From: a virus
Lineage: Duplodnaviria; Caudoviricetes
Direction: 5' to 3' (one strand)
Virus record (IMG/VR): IMGVR_UViG_3300025769_000138
Location: 1-57,206 of that record
Length of the DNA stretch: 57,206 nt
Every line of letters begins with the position of its first letter. The first letter of the stretch is position 1. Below, in pieces: positions 39,437 to 49,138 of this stretch. Below the pieces are notes generated by a model that ran no database searches, was not told the origin of the DNA, and saw nothing but the letters and a program-made list of their open reading frames with translations. Made by a program: the position numbers and the translations under genes.

Positions 39437-39576
39437 GAGGACGCAACTATGTTACGCCCTCGAATACCTTTTCTACACTTGGCAGATAGGCTTAAGCAGT
39501 TTTTATTCTTGCTTAGGAACGGAGGGTTAGTTTGAGCATTGTAAACAAGAGGCTTAACCCTGCTCTGCCTAGGCAT
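39437..39576 (-). ncRNA. Putative multi-stem structured RNA of unknown class
   Basis: Nested stems ATGCCT/AGGTAT, GGCAGA/TCTGCC, AGGGTTA/TAACCCT, TAAGCA/TGCTTA plus an 11-bp hairpin. Confidence 0.45.
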
Positions 39577-40379
39577 TAATCAAATGGATTCTCACCATCA
39601 ACTTCAGCATCAACTACTTCAATAATAGTAGCATCCTCTATATCTCCTGTCAACACTTTATTATACTCACTTATAATCCATTTATTTCTTTCAGCAATAT
39701 AAGTAACTGCATCTTTCAAATGCCCCATAATAGAGGAAGGATCTTCTAAAGTATACTCTTTATCCTCAGTGATAGAGAAGTCATAACCATCATGATCTGA
39801 AGCCTTAACTAAAGAGAAATCAAAAGCATGAGTATAGTAAGAATCGTATTTCACTGATTTAAAAGCATCTCCTACTGCTTTAAACTTACCCCCAGATACT
39901 TTAAGGTCTACTAAAATATCCTTTTCACCAGGAATCTCTACTAATCCGAAGCAATGCATATAGACAGGAACTTCTTTCCTCCAAGCTTTCTGGTCGTCAA
40001 CCTCTAATTGCTCGAAAGCTTTCTTAGCTGGTCTGCCACACCTAACTCCTCCAAGAGTATCAATAGGCTCTTGCTTCCAATTATCAAAGAAAATAGACTG
40101 GCACTCTACGTGGTCATGAGCTTCATTCCATCTAAGGTATTGATAGAATACACATAAAGGTTTGAACTTAAAGCTGTCTAAAGTACCTTCATAACCTGTT
40201 ACTTCAAAGACACCTTTCATCTTTGACTTACCTTTAACCTTTACCACCTTACCGTTCTCATCTGTAACAGCATCCTCAGTCCATGAAACTGAAGGGTAGC
40301 CTTCTGATTTTTCTTTAGTAAACTTAGCGATTAAACTATCTACTAAGTTCTCTTGTGTTGTTGCTATTTCGTTAGTCAT
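39576..40379 (-). CDS. Single-stranded DNA-binding protein (putative)
   Basis: Replication-module position; DTLGGVRCGRP; acidic tail ending PFD. Confidence 0.6.
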   Translation of the reverse strand: MTNEIATTQENLVDSLIAKFTKEKSEGYPSVSWTEDAVTDENGKVVKVKGKSKMKGVFEVTGYEGTLDSFKFKPLCVFYQYLRWNEAHDHVECQSIFFDNWKQEPIDTLGGVRCGRPAKKAFEQLEVDDQKAWRKEVPVYMHCFGLVEIPGEKDILVDLKVSGGKFKAVGDAFKSVKYDSYYTHAFDFSLVKASDHDGYDFSITEDKEYTLEDPSSIMGHLKDAVTYIAERNKWIISEYNKVLTGDIEDATIIEVVDAEVDGENPFD

Positions 40380-40380
40380 A

Positions 40381-40596
40381 TTAAAGTTTCTCCTTTGCTA
40401 ATTTTAATGCTTCAATCAATGAGTCTATTTTATTTTTCTCTATAAAAATTTCTTTCCTATTTACCTCATCATAAAATAATGTACTAGTAGCAGATCCTCT
40501 AGATAGCTTTACTTTATACATGCCATCTATACAAACCTCAATACTTTCAATAGGTCTAGTTTCTTCTTTATAATTAATTTTTATATCTTCAGTCAT
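40381..40596 (-). CDS. Hypothetical protein, paralog of 37286..37498
   Basis: 32-bp identical segment; ATGA coupling to the polymerase gene. Confidence 0.7.
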   Translation of the reverse strand: MTEDIKINYKEETRPIESIEVCIDGMYKVKLSRGSATSTLFYDEVNRKEIFIEKNKIDSLIEALKLAKEKL

Positions 40597-42800
40597 ACTA
40601 CCACCTCTTCTTTCTCCATCCAATTATTACCGATCTCTAAATCATAAGTTAAAGGTACATTACACTCTAACCCAAATCTTTCTTCTATAACTCTAGGAAC
40701 ATTATCGAATACTTTTCTATAGATGTCAATCATTATTTTCTCTTCACCAGGAAAAACATCACAAGTAACCGAATCATGTACCGTAAGTATTACTCTAGAC
40801 TTTACTTTATGTTTCTTCATCAACCTCCATAGCTCTAACATTGTTACCATTACTATATCAAAACAAAAACCTTGCACAGGATAATTACATATCTGTGGAT
40901 AGCTATATATCCTACCTGATGCCAACCTCCTAGCATAAGGGAATGTATATATTCTTCCTGAAGGAGTTTGAGTCTTCTTATATTTAATAGCAGTCTCACC
41001 TAACTTCTTCTGCCATTCATCTATCCCATAGAAATACTCTAAGAAGTATTTAAAGTATTGTACTTGGGCTTCTGTACCAGACATCCCTCCATATAAAGGT
41101 TTGAAGGTATGTTCTTTAGCCTCTTGTCTCTTACCTTTAGGATCTATAGACTTATACGGATGTCCATAAGATTCTAAAGTATCCCTACTAAATGCATGAG
41201 CATCATTCCCTTCTGCTATAAACTTCATAGCTTGAGGACATTGACTTAATAAAGCTGCACCTCTAAACTCTAACTGCCCAAAGTCACAATCTAATATCTT
41301 ACCTCCTTCCCATCTAGATATAATAGCCTTCTTAACAGGGAATGTATTACCTCTAGGTAGATTATGGAAAGTAGAACTAAGCCTACCTGTTAAAGTAAGG
41401 CACTGATTATAATTCATATGCAGGAAACCATCTTTAGAATCTCTATTGATAGCACCCACAAAGTTATTCAAGTATGTACTAACAGAATTATATCTAGATA
41501 ACTTCGTTAAAAATAACTTAGCTAGCTCATTGATAGGCTTCTCTAGTAATACATCTATTGTATCTCCTCCTACTGAGAACCCTCCTTCAGCTGCATACTC
41601 CCAACTATAATATGTAACTCCTAATCCTGCCAACTCTTTAGTATCTTTATAATATACCCCTTCTCCTAGACAAGCCTTACATTTATTAGGAGTCTTATAT
41701 CTTTTAGCAGGTACAACTACATCTGGCTTAGTCTTATACTTTATAACTTTAGGTTTAGTGTATCTATAATATTGTCCAGATCCCTTACACCTTTCACATT
41801 GCTTAACTTCAGTCTTATATAATCTCTTAGCATTTACATTAAGTAATCTTTTAATTTCAGTAGGGGTTTTCCTATTATGGTATTTAGCCTTTCCTTTTCT
41901 TGGTCCCTCCTTTTCTGTACCTATATTAAAGGCTTCTACCCAAGCAGGTTTATCTAGTATCTTATACCCGAATACTATTTGAGATATGCACTCAGGGGAG
42001 TTAAGATTAATAGGAGAATCTCCCATAACATTCTTAGCTATCTTATATAGATCTCCCTCTAGTTCTTTCTTCTCAGCAACAAAATCTTTCTCTACTTTAT
42101 CTAAAGCTTCTTGATCTATATGACACCCAGCTCTCTCCATATCAGTGAGCATAAGAGTAAACTCATTCATAGGCTTGAGGATAGATAAGGTAGAAGCTAA
42201 CTCTTTATCTGTCTTAAGTAACTTCTTATGCACATTAAATAACTCGGCAGTAGAGAATATATCTCCCATACCATATGTATATAGATCATCATAAGGAACC
42301 TCATCTGTATTAAATCCTTTATCAAAATAATCTTTTAATATATCTAACTTAGCTTTAACCCCTCTTCTATCACAACATTCCTTAAGTGTGAAGTAGCCTT
42401 TACCTCTAGGCTTTGCTTTATTAGCTACATACTCAAAGGTCATAGTATCAAATATCTGTATATCATCAGGTAGTTTAAAGCCAGATTCTAGTATCCAAGA
42501 TAAATCAGCCTTAAGATTATGCCCTACTAAAAGCTTAGTCCTATCTAATACATCTTGTACAAATTGGAAGGAACCCTTCTTATACTCTTTACCATCTGTA
42601 GTATACTTATGTTGTATCTCTTGATGCTCAAAGAAGGCTCCTCCTGTAGTACCATCTGAAGTAGTTAATCCTAAGAATACTAGCTTATTACCCCGACAAT
42701 AAGGAGTACCATCTATTCTTTCTCCAGACCTACCTGTATAAGGGCTAGTATAAGTATACTTTCTTACAGACCATTCACCGTCTAATACTGTAACTGTCAT
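40593..42800 (-). CDS. polA: DNA polymerase family A with 3'-5' exonuclease and DnaJ-like zinc finger insert
   Basis: GHNLKAD, TGRLSS, DFGQLEFR, RQEAKEHTFKPLYG, NYPVQG, VHDS; two CxxCxGxG. Confidence 0.95.
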   Translation of the reverse strand: MTVTVLDGEWSVRKYTYTSPYTGRSGERIDGTPYCRGNKLVFLGLTTSDGTTGGAFFEHQEIQHKYTTDGKEYKKGSFQFVQDVLDRTKLLVGHNLKADLSWILESGFKLPDDIQIFDTMTFEYVANKAKPRGKGYFTLKECCDRRGVKAKLDILKDYFDKGFNTDEVPYDDLYTYGMGDIFSTAELFNVHKKLLKTDKELASTLSILKPMNEFTLMLTDMERAGCHIDQEALDKVEKDFVAEKKELEGDLYKIAKNVMGDSPINLNSPECISQIVFGYKILDKPAWVEAFNIGTEKEGPRKGKAKYHNRKTPTEIKRLLNVNAKRLYKTEVKQCERCKGSGQYYRYTKPKVIKYKTKPDVVVPAKRYKTPNKCKACLGEGVYYKDTKELAGLGVTYYSWEYAAEGGFSVGGDTIDVLLEKPINELAKLFLTKLSRYNSVSTYLNNFVGAINRDSKDGFLHMNYNQCLTLTGRLSSTFHNLPRGNTFPVKKAIISRWEGGKILDCDFGQLEFRGAALLSQCPQAMKFIAEGNDAHAFSRDTLESYGHPYKSIDPKGKRQEAKEHTFKPLYGGMSGTEAQVQYFKYFLEYFYGIDEWQKKLGETAIKYKKTQTPSGRIYTFPYARRLASGRIYSYPQICNYPVQGFCFDIVMVTMLELWRLMKKHKVKSRVILTVHDSVTCDVFPGEEKIMIDIYRKVFDNVPRVIEERFGLECNVPLTYDLEIGNNWMEKEEVVV

Positions 42801-42997
42801 CCTTTCTCCTTATATTTATTCTCAAAGTCTTGAGCTAACAACTTCCTTATACTGGCTTTAGTAACAGAGAACCTCCAAGCTAAATGCTTTACCAAAGAGT
42901 TTGGAGGTATCTGCTTCCCTGTAGTCATATAGTATTGCTGTCTCTTTATCTCAGCTTCTCTTAATAAAAACTTAATTGGTATTAAGATATTACTCAT
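42797..42997 (-). CDS. Hypothetical protein
   Basis: Coupled ORF. Confidence 0.6.
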   Translation of the reverse strand: MSNILIPIKFLLREAEIKRQQYYMTTGKQIPPNSLVKHLAWRFSVTKASIRKLLAQDFENKYKEKG

Positions 42998-43000
42998 ACA

Positions 43001-43942
43001 TTATCTTCCTAATATTACTCTAGCTTTCCAATCCTCTAGTTTAAGAACTGCTTCTTCAGGTAACCATACTACTGAAGCAGATTCTTCTAGCTTATTCTGA
43101 GGTTGTCTCCCTACATACTGAGAACTTTCTATTAATACTAGATACAGATCACAGAACTGATTCATCTGAGTGGATACAAAGCATCTATCTATAAACTCAA
43201 TATCGTTATCAGATACTTCATACCCTGATTCTTCTAATACTTCTTTCTTTACTGTATCAAAAGGAGAATCCTCTGAATCTAGACTACCTCCAAAAGCTGT
43301 TACCATGAACCTACCTATCGGAGGCTTATATTCATTGATTAATCCATATAGATCTGTATCTAAATCATAAAGAATAAAAGCTACAGAATCTTTTCCTAAT
43401 CTTTCAGCATAGTAATATCCTTGGTTCTCTTTAATCTTAAGAAATTTATTCCCTTTAGAAGTACTATAGATAGTCTCTATAGTAGAGTCATGTAGGTGAT
43501 CTAAAGCATGACGTATTTGAGTAGCACTGATGTCAAACTTCTTATCCTTTAATTCTATACAGTTGTGTTTACCAAAGCAAGCTGGGATATAGTGCACTCC
43601 TTCAGAGTTCCTATCTTCAGGTTTGTCATAGTAGAAGAACTTATAATTATTTATATTATCCCACTTCAAAGTCTCTACTATAGTTTCAATCCATTCCTCA
43701 TCTGTAGAATAATCTTTAATACCAAAAGATATAATACCAGGAAATACTTTTTGTAGCTTACTTATTCTAGTGGTAACATCATAAGGATTCTTCTCAGTCC
43801 CTGATTCTTGAATTGAACCTATGATTACCACAGGTGTATACCCTCTCTCTATAATCTCATTAATGATAGCCTCATGCCCTTTATGAAAAGGCTGAAACCT
43901 ACCTATAAATACTCCATATGGTTTACTCATAAACAACTCCAT
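43001..43942 (-). CDS. Bifunctional NMN adenylyltransferase / Nudix hydrolase (NatV/NadM-Nudix type)
   Basis: GRFQPFHKGH, ISATQIR; Nudix box GG...KEVLEESGY. Confidence 0.88.
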   Translation of the reverse strand: MELFMSKPYGVFIGRFQPFHKGHEAIINEIIERGYTPVVIIGSIQESGTEKNPYDVTTRISKLQKVFPGIISFGIKDYSTDEEWIETIVETLKWDNINNYKFFYYDKPEDRNSEGVHYIPACFGKHNCIELKDKKFDISATQIRHALDHLHDSTIETIYSTSKGNKFLKIKENQGYYYAERLGKDSVAFILYDLDTDLYGLINEYKPPIGRFMVTAFGGSLDSEDSPFDTVKKEVLEESGYEVSDNDIEFIDRCFVSTQMNQFCDLYLVLIESSQYVGRQPQNKLEESASVVWLPEEAVLKLEDWKARVILGR

Positions 43943-45179
43943 CTTTAAATCTAGTTACAAACCTAGGATTATCTTGAATCCCTCTCTTAGAAGTTTTTCC
44001 TTGATCAGTGACAGGATCTTTATATACATCCCTTACTGTACCATCAGCTAACTCTATAGCACAGGCTTTAATAGCCATCTTATGTGTATCTCTATCTAGT
44101 TGTTGCATAAGGTATCCTCCACAACCAAAGGCAAAGTTCTCTGCTGAGTAACCTTTAGCTTGAGTAAAATCTAAGATAGCAGATATAGTTTCTTTAGTTA
44201 TACCATCCCCCCAAATAATTCTATATTTGTCAAATACTTTATAACCTCTAGCATTCCTACTAAAATCTACTTTGTTATCCTCTAGGATATGAATGATATC
44301 TTGGATTACCATAATAGGATCTCCGCTATCAGGTCTAATAACAAAGGTAGGATACTCATCTGATTCTACTTTATCCTTAAACTCTCCAGAAGAAATATAA
44401 TCTACAGCTTCATAAATATTATATGAGTCCATAACACAAGCAACCATAGGCTGTCCTTTATATAACTCTAGGTAATTATCATAGAACTTAAACTCATTCT
44501 CTCTACCCCAAGATGTAACAGTAGAGTGTTCACTAGCTGGAATAGAATAGCCTTCAGAATATTCTATGCAAGCAAAGTTGTCTGTGCCTTTGAACTGAGT
44601 TAAGTGTGCCAACCCACCAATCAAAGCAGACTCTACTGAGCTACTACCTCTATCTCCAAAGTTATGAAATGCAAAGTCCACACCATAGATATCACCTACA
44701 GTTTTACTCCAGTATTTCTCTAATATCTTTCTGACTTCATAAGCTCTAGTAGCTACTGAGATAGGATACCAGGTCTTCATCAGTAAAGTCTCTAGATAAT
44801 TTACTAACCAGTAACAATTAGGATCTGTATTAGTGATAAGCATAAGAGGCTCACCTACTTTAGCTAGGGTATTTTCAGGCAATGCTTTGATTTCTATAGG
44901 TAGGCTACCATTTAGTTCTTGATCTATATACTTCCACCCTTCAAAATTAAATGGCAGACCATGTTTAGCTGCTAAATATTCTGCTTCAATTGTAAATTCT
45001 CTCCAAACAGTATGTCCTTCAAGGTATGTTCTTAAATAATAGTCCAACCCATTAAAAACAATCTCCTCAAAGTCACCTCCTCTAGCTTCCATATAGGAAT
45101 AAATCTTTGTGGTTCCTTCTGGGTATTGCTTCCAGTGTGATAACTTATAGCTATCGGTTAATGTAATTATATTATTCAT
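43923..45179 (-). CDS. nadV: Nicotinamide phosphoribosyltransferase
   Basis: TDSYKLSHWKQYP, FGDRG, GTD, SIPASEHS, IRPDSGDP, WGDG, KDPVTD.GK.SK. Confidence 0.93.
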   Translation of the reverse strand: MNNIITLTDSYKLSHWKQYPEGTTKIYSYMEARGGDFEEIVFNGLDYYLRTYLEGHTVWREFTIEAEYLAAKHGLPFNFEGWKYIDQELNGSLPIEIKALPENTLAKVGEPLMLITNTDPNCYWLVNYLETLLMKTWYPISVATRAYEVRKILEKYWSKTVGDIYGVDFAFHNFGDRGSSSVESALIGGLAHLTQFKGTDNFACIEYSEGYSIPASEHSTVTSWGRENEFKFYDNYLELYKGQPMVACVMDSYNIYEAVDYISSGEFKDKVESDEYPTFVIRPDSGDPIMVIQDIIHILEDNKVDFSRNARGYKVFDKYRIIWGDGITKETISAILDFTQAKGYSAENFAFGCGGYLMQQLDRDTHKMAIKACAIELADGTVRDVYKDPVTDQGKTSKRGIQDNPRFVTRFKDGVVYE

Positions 45180-45180
45180 C

Positions 45181-45381
45181 TTAATCTCCTTCTAACTTAA
45201 ACCTATTAGTAACCTCTTCAGGTTGTTCTTCCAACATCTTTAAAGCACAGTCATCTCCTACTATTATATATCTCTTCTCAATCACTTTAATCATAGGAGG
45301 TTTATCTAAAATATTATTACATCCTGCTGTTATAAATAATACTACAAGAGTTAAACTAACTCCAGCTAAAAAATCACTCAT
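45181..45381 (-). CDS. Small membrane protein, possible lipoprotein
   Basis: Hydrophobic N-terminus ending TAGC. Confidence 0.55.
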   Translation of the reverse strand: MSDFLAGVSLTLVVLFITAGCNNILDKPPMIKVIEKRYIIVGDDCALKMLEEQPEEVTNRFKLEGD

Positions 45382-45703
45382 TCTCTTTACTCCATTCTGC
45401 TGCAAATATTTGTTTTAACCCCAGCTCTAGAACTTCAATGTAGGTTGTATCAATAAGCACTCCTCCATAAAATAAACCTTTAACTTCAGGCTGTTCAAAA
45501 GCTTTGACTACTTCCTTTATTAATTTATCTATAGGATACTCTTGTTTAATAGCATCTTTAATAACACTATTCCAATCTATAAGGATATCCTTCTCTACCA
45601 TATTAAGTATAATTACATCCCAAGGCAAACCTAATGTATCTTTATAATAAAATAACCCAGAGGCTACAGGTGTATTCCCTTCTGTCTTCCCAACTAACTC
45701 CAT
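45374..45703 (-). CDS. Protein resembling an alanyl-tRNA synthetase fragment
   Basis: GLFYYKDTLGLPWD..EKDILIDW resembles AlaRS F.LYDTYGFP.D...E....VD. Confidence 0.45.
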   Translation of the reverse strand: MELVGKTEGNTPVASGLFYYKDTLGLPWDVIILNMVEKDILIDWNSVIKDAIKQEYPIDKLIKEVVKAFEQPEVKGLFYGGVLIDTTYIEVLELGLKQIFAAEWSKENE

Positions 45704-45705
45704 AT

Positions 45706-47856
45706 CTAACTCCTCATTCTACTGTATTCTGGTTCCAATGTATAGAACACAGGCTGTTTAAATCCTGATAATTTATTCTTAGGTATATTAATACATCTCA
45801 CGTAATCATCTATCCCTCCTGTATCTTTAGGATCTTTCATCCCTACACAAAAAACAAAATCAGCTTCAGCAGCCTTGCCTGTTTTACTACCGTCTAATTC
45901 TTCAAATCCATAATGCATCTTACCTGCAGCTCCAGCTCCAGCTTGAGTAATAGCTAGAACTAAACAATTATACTTCTTAGATATTTCTCTAGCAGAAGTA
46001 TATAAAACCCTAAGCTTTTCATCAGATCTATTATACATACCTTTAACAGATAATTTATCTAGTTGATCTATGATGAGTACATCTACTTCATTCTTTGATA
46101 CATAAGTATCTAACTCTTCGATAGACATATTAACTTTATCCTGTACAAAGATATTGTCTTTAATAGGTTCAAATAAATCTTTAGCCAAATCTTTATTCTC
46201 TAGTAATTCTGATTTAACTTTACCTGTCCAACATCCTAGTCCTCTGACTTGGGTACGGATAGCAGGTTCCTCATTACATATAATATGAACTTTAGCTCCT
46301 TGTTCTAGCCACCCTTCTTCTCCGTACACTAAGGATACATAGAAGGCAGTCTTCCCACAATTACCTGCTACAGCTACTTTATTATTACGTCTTACTATGA
46401 TCCTTCCATGAGGCACTGTAACACAATATACTTTACCATAATAATATTCCTTAGACTTAGTAACACTTCTAACCTCTGAGAAATTCCTATTAGTTAATAT
46501 ACTTAAAGAATGTATATCAGAAAACTTATCTGATCTAGTATCTTCGAATACAGAATGATTACATTGCATACCAGACAAAGCACATATACTTGATACAACA
46601 TCTGCATTAAACTTTATTGTAGTGTCATACTTAATTCTAGTATCTGTTCTTCTAGTAGCATCCCAATAGGATAGTTCCTCTATAAACTTTTCTCCCCAAC
46701 GAAAATGTACTTTAGATAAGTCTATCCAGTCAAAGTTCTTACTAGGAAGTTCTTTGCATTGTACGTATATAGTAGTATAGTTTTCTTTAGTTTTGTCTTT
46801 AGTAATACTATACTTTAGTTGTGCTTCATTAAGTATATTTATAAGCCTGTCTACTTTACGCTGTTTCTTAAAAGAGAACCTAACTGTAAAGTGCCCTCTC
46901 TCTCCAGTACATCCTTTTCTTGCTGTACTCCCGTCAGCTTGGTATGCAATCAAGAATCTTTGATAAGGTGTTAGAGTAAAATTAAACCCTTTCTTACTGC
47001 CAGAATGAATGTATTTATAATTAGAAGGAATATTATCTTTTGCCTTAATTTTTACTAATTCATTTTTACGGTTCTTCAAAACCATATCATGATTAGGTGT
47101 TACCAAGAGATCTATCCTGCCTTGAGATTGTTTAAATGAAACCATGTCTCCTTGGTAATCATTCTCAATATAATCCGTAGGATACACAAAAGATACTTCT
47201 TCATGCTCATCTACTTGGGCTACCTTCTCTGTTCGATCAAGATCTTTGAACAGTTTCCACCCTTGTTCTGTGAGTATCTCAGTATCATCTGAATAGCAGT
47301 CTGGTCTAGCTGCTATAACTCCTAGCACCCCTTGATCTTTAGGTATATTACCCATAGCATCTTGTAGTACAGGAAGATTCCAAGTAAACCCATGCTTGGC
47401 TTCTACTTGCTCTAGCATTTCATATACATCTGTGGTCACATACTCTACTTCTTCTTGTAAGATATTACCAGATTTAATTCTATCAACAATAGATATTACT
47501 TCATCTATATCTCCACCAGATATTAATAGATCAGCAGCCTCTCGCTCTAGTTCTTCTATCCAAACTTTAGTTAGTATCTCCTCCCCAATATCTAATCCTA
47601 TATCCTCCAGCTGTCTTATAGTATTAAATAATTCTCCTATCTCTTTCTTAGTAGCAAGAGTCATAGTCGGATGATCTACTTTATACTTCTCCCATAATTC
47701 TGCTAGAGTTATATCCCTCTTATAGGTTTCATGTAAATCTTTTAAAGATTGGTACACTGATAATAATTTATCTGGAAAGAAATTATCAGAGATCTTATCT
47801 TTATGATCTTCATAGAAAGAGTTGTTTAATAATAGTTTAACTAATTCCTTGCTCAT
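45706..47856 (-). CDS. SF4 (DnaB-like) replicative helicase containing an intein
   Basis: Walker A ARPD/CGKT split by intein; NEE, IIDQLD, TQA, SKTGKAAEAD. Confidence 0.93.
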   Translation of the reverse strand: MSKELVKLLLNNSFYEDHKDKISDNFFPDKLLSVYQSLKDLHETYKRDITLAELWEKYKVDHPTMTLATKKEIGELFNTIRQLEDIGLDIGEEILTKVWIEELEREAADLLISGGDIDEVISIVDRIKSGNILQEEVEYVTTDVYEMLEQVEAKHGFTWNLPVLQDAMGNIPKDQGVLGVIAARPDCYSDDTEILTEQGWKLFKDLDRTEKVAQVDEHEEVSFVYPTDYIENDYQGDMVSFKQSQGRIDLLVTPNHDMVLKNRKNELVKIKAKDNIPSNYKYIHSGSKKGFNFTLTPYQRFLIAYQADGSTARKGCTGERGHFTVRFSFKKQRKVDRLINILNEAQLKYSITKDKTKENYTTIYVQCKELPSKNFDWIDLSKVHFRWGEKFIEELSYWDATRRTDTRIKYDTTIKFNADVVSSICALSGMQCNHSVFEDTRSDKFSDIHSLSILTNRNFSEVRSVTKSKEYYYGKVYCVTVPHGRIIVRRNNKVAVAGNCGKTAFYVSLVYGEEGWLEQGAKVHIICNEEPAIRTQVRGLGCWTGKVKSELLENKDLAKDLFEPIKDNIFVQDKVNMSIEELDTYVSKNEVDVLIIDQLDKLSVKGMYNRSDEKLRVLYTSAREISKKYNCLVLAITQAGAGAAGKMHYGFEELDGSKTGKAAEADFVFCVGMKDPKDTGGIDDYVRCINIPKNKLSGFKQPVFYTLEPEYSRMRS
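46360..47298 (-). mobile_element. Intein (313 aa) with LAGLIDADG-like endonuclease region
   Basis: Starts CYSDDTEILT, block B TPNH, FLIAYQADGS, ends VYCVTV...GN before a Cys extein residue. Confidence 0.92.
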
Positions 47857-48373
47857 GTAATATATCCTCTAATAATATAGGAGTGTAGTTAATCTGTTCA
47901 ACGCATACATTCCTATATCTTTTATCTTTTAATCCATACCAAGTCTTAACATAATTCTGATGTAGATGTCCATGAATATTTAACTTCCACCTAGAGAATT
48001 GATTTGTATGAATAGGTATATGTGACATAATAATATCATACTGAGGTAATACTTTATACGCTCTTATATCAGAGAAGTATTTAGTATATTCCTTAAGCTT
48101 AAAGATATCATGATTACCTTTAATTAAAACTTTCCTACCATTTAACCTTTCCATTATAGGTAAGGCTCTCCTATTAATGACTACATCTCCAAGATGATAG
48201 ACTGTATCTTGTTCCTTAACAACACTATTCCAGTTATCCACCATCAGTTCATCCATCTGTTCTACAGAATCAAAAGGTCTAATCCTTTCTCCTTTCTTAT
48301 TAGTAAACTTAATAATATTCTTATGTCCGAAGTGAGTGTCAGATATTAAAAATTGTCTATAGTTCTTTGTCAT
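47837..48373 (-). CDS. Metallophosphoesterase
   Basis: SDTHFGH, LGD, GNHD, SHIP, HGHLH. Confidence 0.88.
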   Translation of the reverse strand: MTKNYRQFLISDTHFGHKNIIKFTNKKGERIRPFDSVEQMDELMVDNWNSVVKEQDTVYHLGDVVINRRALPIMERLNGRKVLIKGNHDIFKLKEYTKYFSDIRAYKVLPQYDIIMSHIPIHTNQFSRWKLNIHGHLHQNYVKTWYGLKDKRYRNVCVEQINYTPILLEDILHEQGIS

Positions 48374-48701
48374 TAGAGACCTCCACATCATCGAAGTATA
48401 CTATTATATCTTCTCTATTATTTCCTGATCGTCTGCAATACCAAGAGCCTCCATCTACCATAGTCTTACCACACTTACAGGTAACATAATTATGCCTGTT
48501 CTTAGATCTAATAAACCAACCACAATCCAAACATTTAGCAGCATTAAGGTATATATCCCCTATATCAAACTTTCTTCTCTGATCTTTAGTCATGGAAGGG
48601 TAGGAGAAATTATGATAATCTACCTCAAAAGACTTATATCTTTTATACTTTAATATGCCTACATCCTTCATATAGTTATACAATTCTAAATCCTTAACCA
48701 T
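48357..48701 (-). CDS. Zinc-binding hypothetical protein
   Basis: CLDCG..S..RH...CKCG...VDGG motif. Confidence 0.7.
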   Translation of the reverse strand: MVKDLELYNYMKDVGILKYKRYKSFEVDYHNFSYPSMTKDQRRKFDIGDIYLNAAKCLDCGWFIRSKNRHNYVTCKCGKTMVDGGSWYCRRSGNNREDIIVYFDDVEVSNDKEL

Positions 48702-48702
48702 A

Positions 48703-48915
48703 TTACCATCCTTTATTTTTTATATCTCTCATAATTTCTTTAGAGATATCTTTAAGTTCTTTCTTATTAGGTCGAGTATACTCTACAAATATCTTCATAG
48801 TCCTATCATCATCTTGCATACTAATATCTATACTCTTAATACCATAAGCTACATGATCTCTTCCAGTTGTATTGCTTATAACTTCTAGTCTAGTTACCTT
48901 ACTTAAGTCTTCCAT
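48703..48915 (-). CDS. Hypothetical protein
   Basis: ORF with RBS; VTRLEVI..GR, QDDDRTMKIFV. Confidence 0.7.
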   Translation of the reverse strand: MEDLSKVTRLEVISNTTGRDHVAYGIKSIDISMQDDDRTMKIFVEYTRPNKKELKDISKEIMRDIKNKGW

Positions 48916-49138
48916 CTTTATCTCCTTTTTTAAAGTCTAATTTTAAACCACACTCACATATAACTACAGGATAAAACGCATAGCACATAACTGAAAGGAC
49001 TATGTATAAAACTCTAGGTTCGAAATTAATTTCCTTAAATAGGTATAGGATATCCCACGTCACAAAACTAAATATTAAATACCATAATATTAAAAGGGCT
49101 GTTAAGAATAAGATTGATTGCCTTCTATTTAACTTCAT
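48899..49138 (-). CDS. Two-TM membrane protein
   Basis: Two hydrophobic segments. Confidence 0.6.
   Translation of the reverse strand: MKLNRRQSILFLTALLILWYLIFSFVTWDILYLFKEINFEPRVLYIVLSVMCYAFYPVVICECGLKLDFKKGDKDGRLK

Noticed and set aside
39266-39576. ORFs 39266..39535 (+) and 39334..39576 (-)
   Set aside because: They overlap well-formed tRNAs; typical tRNA shadow ORFs
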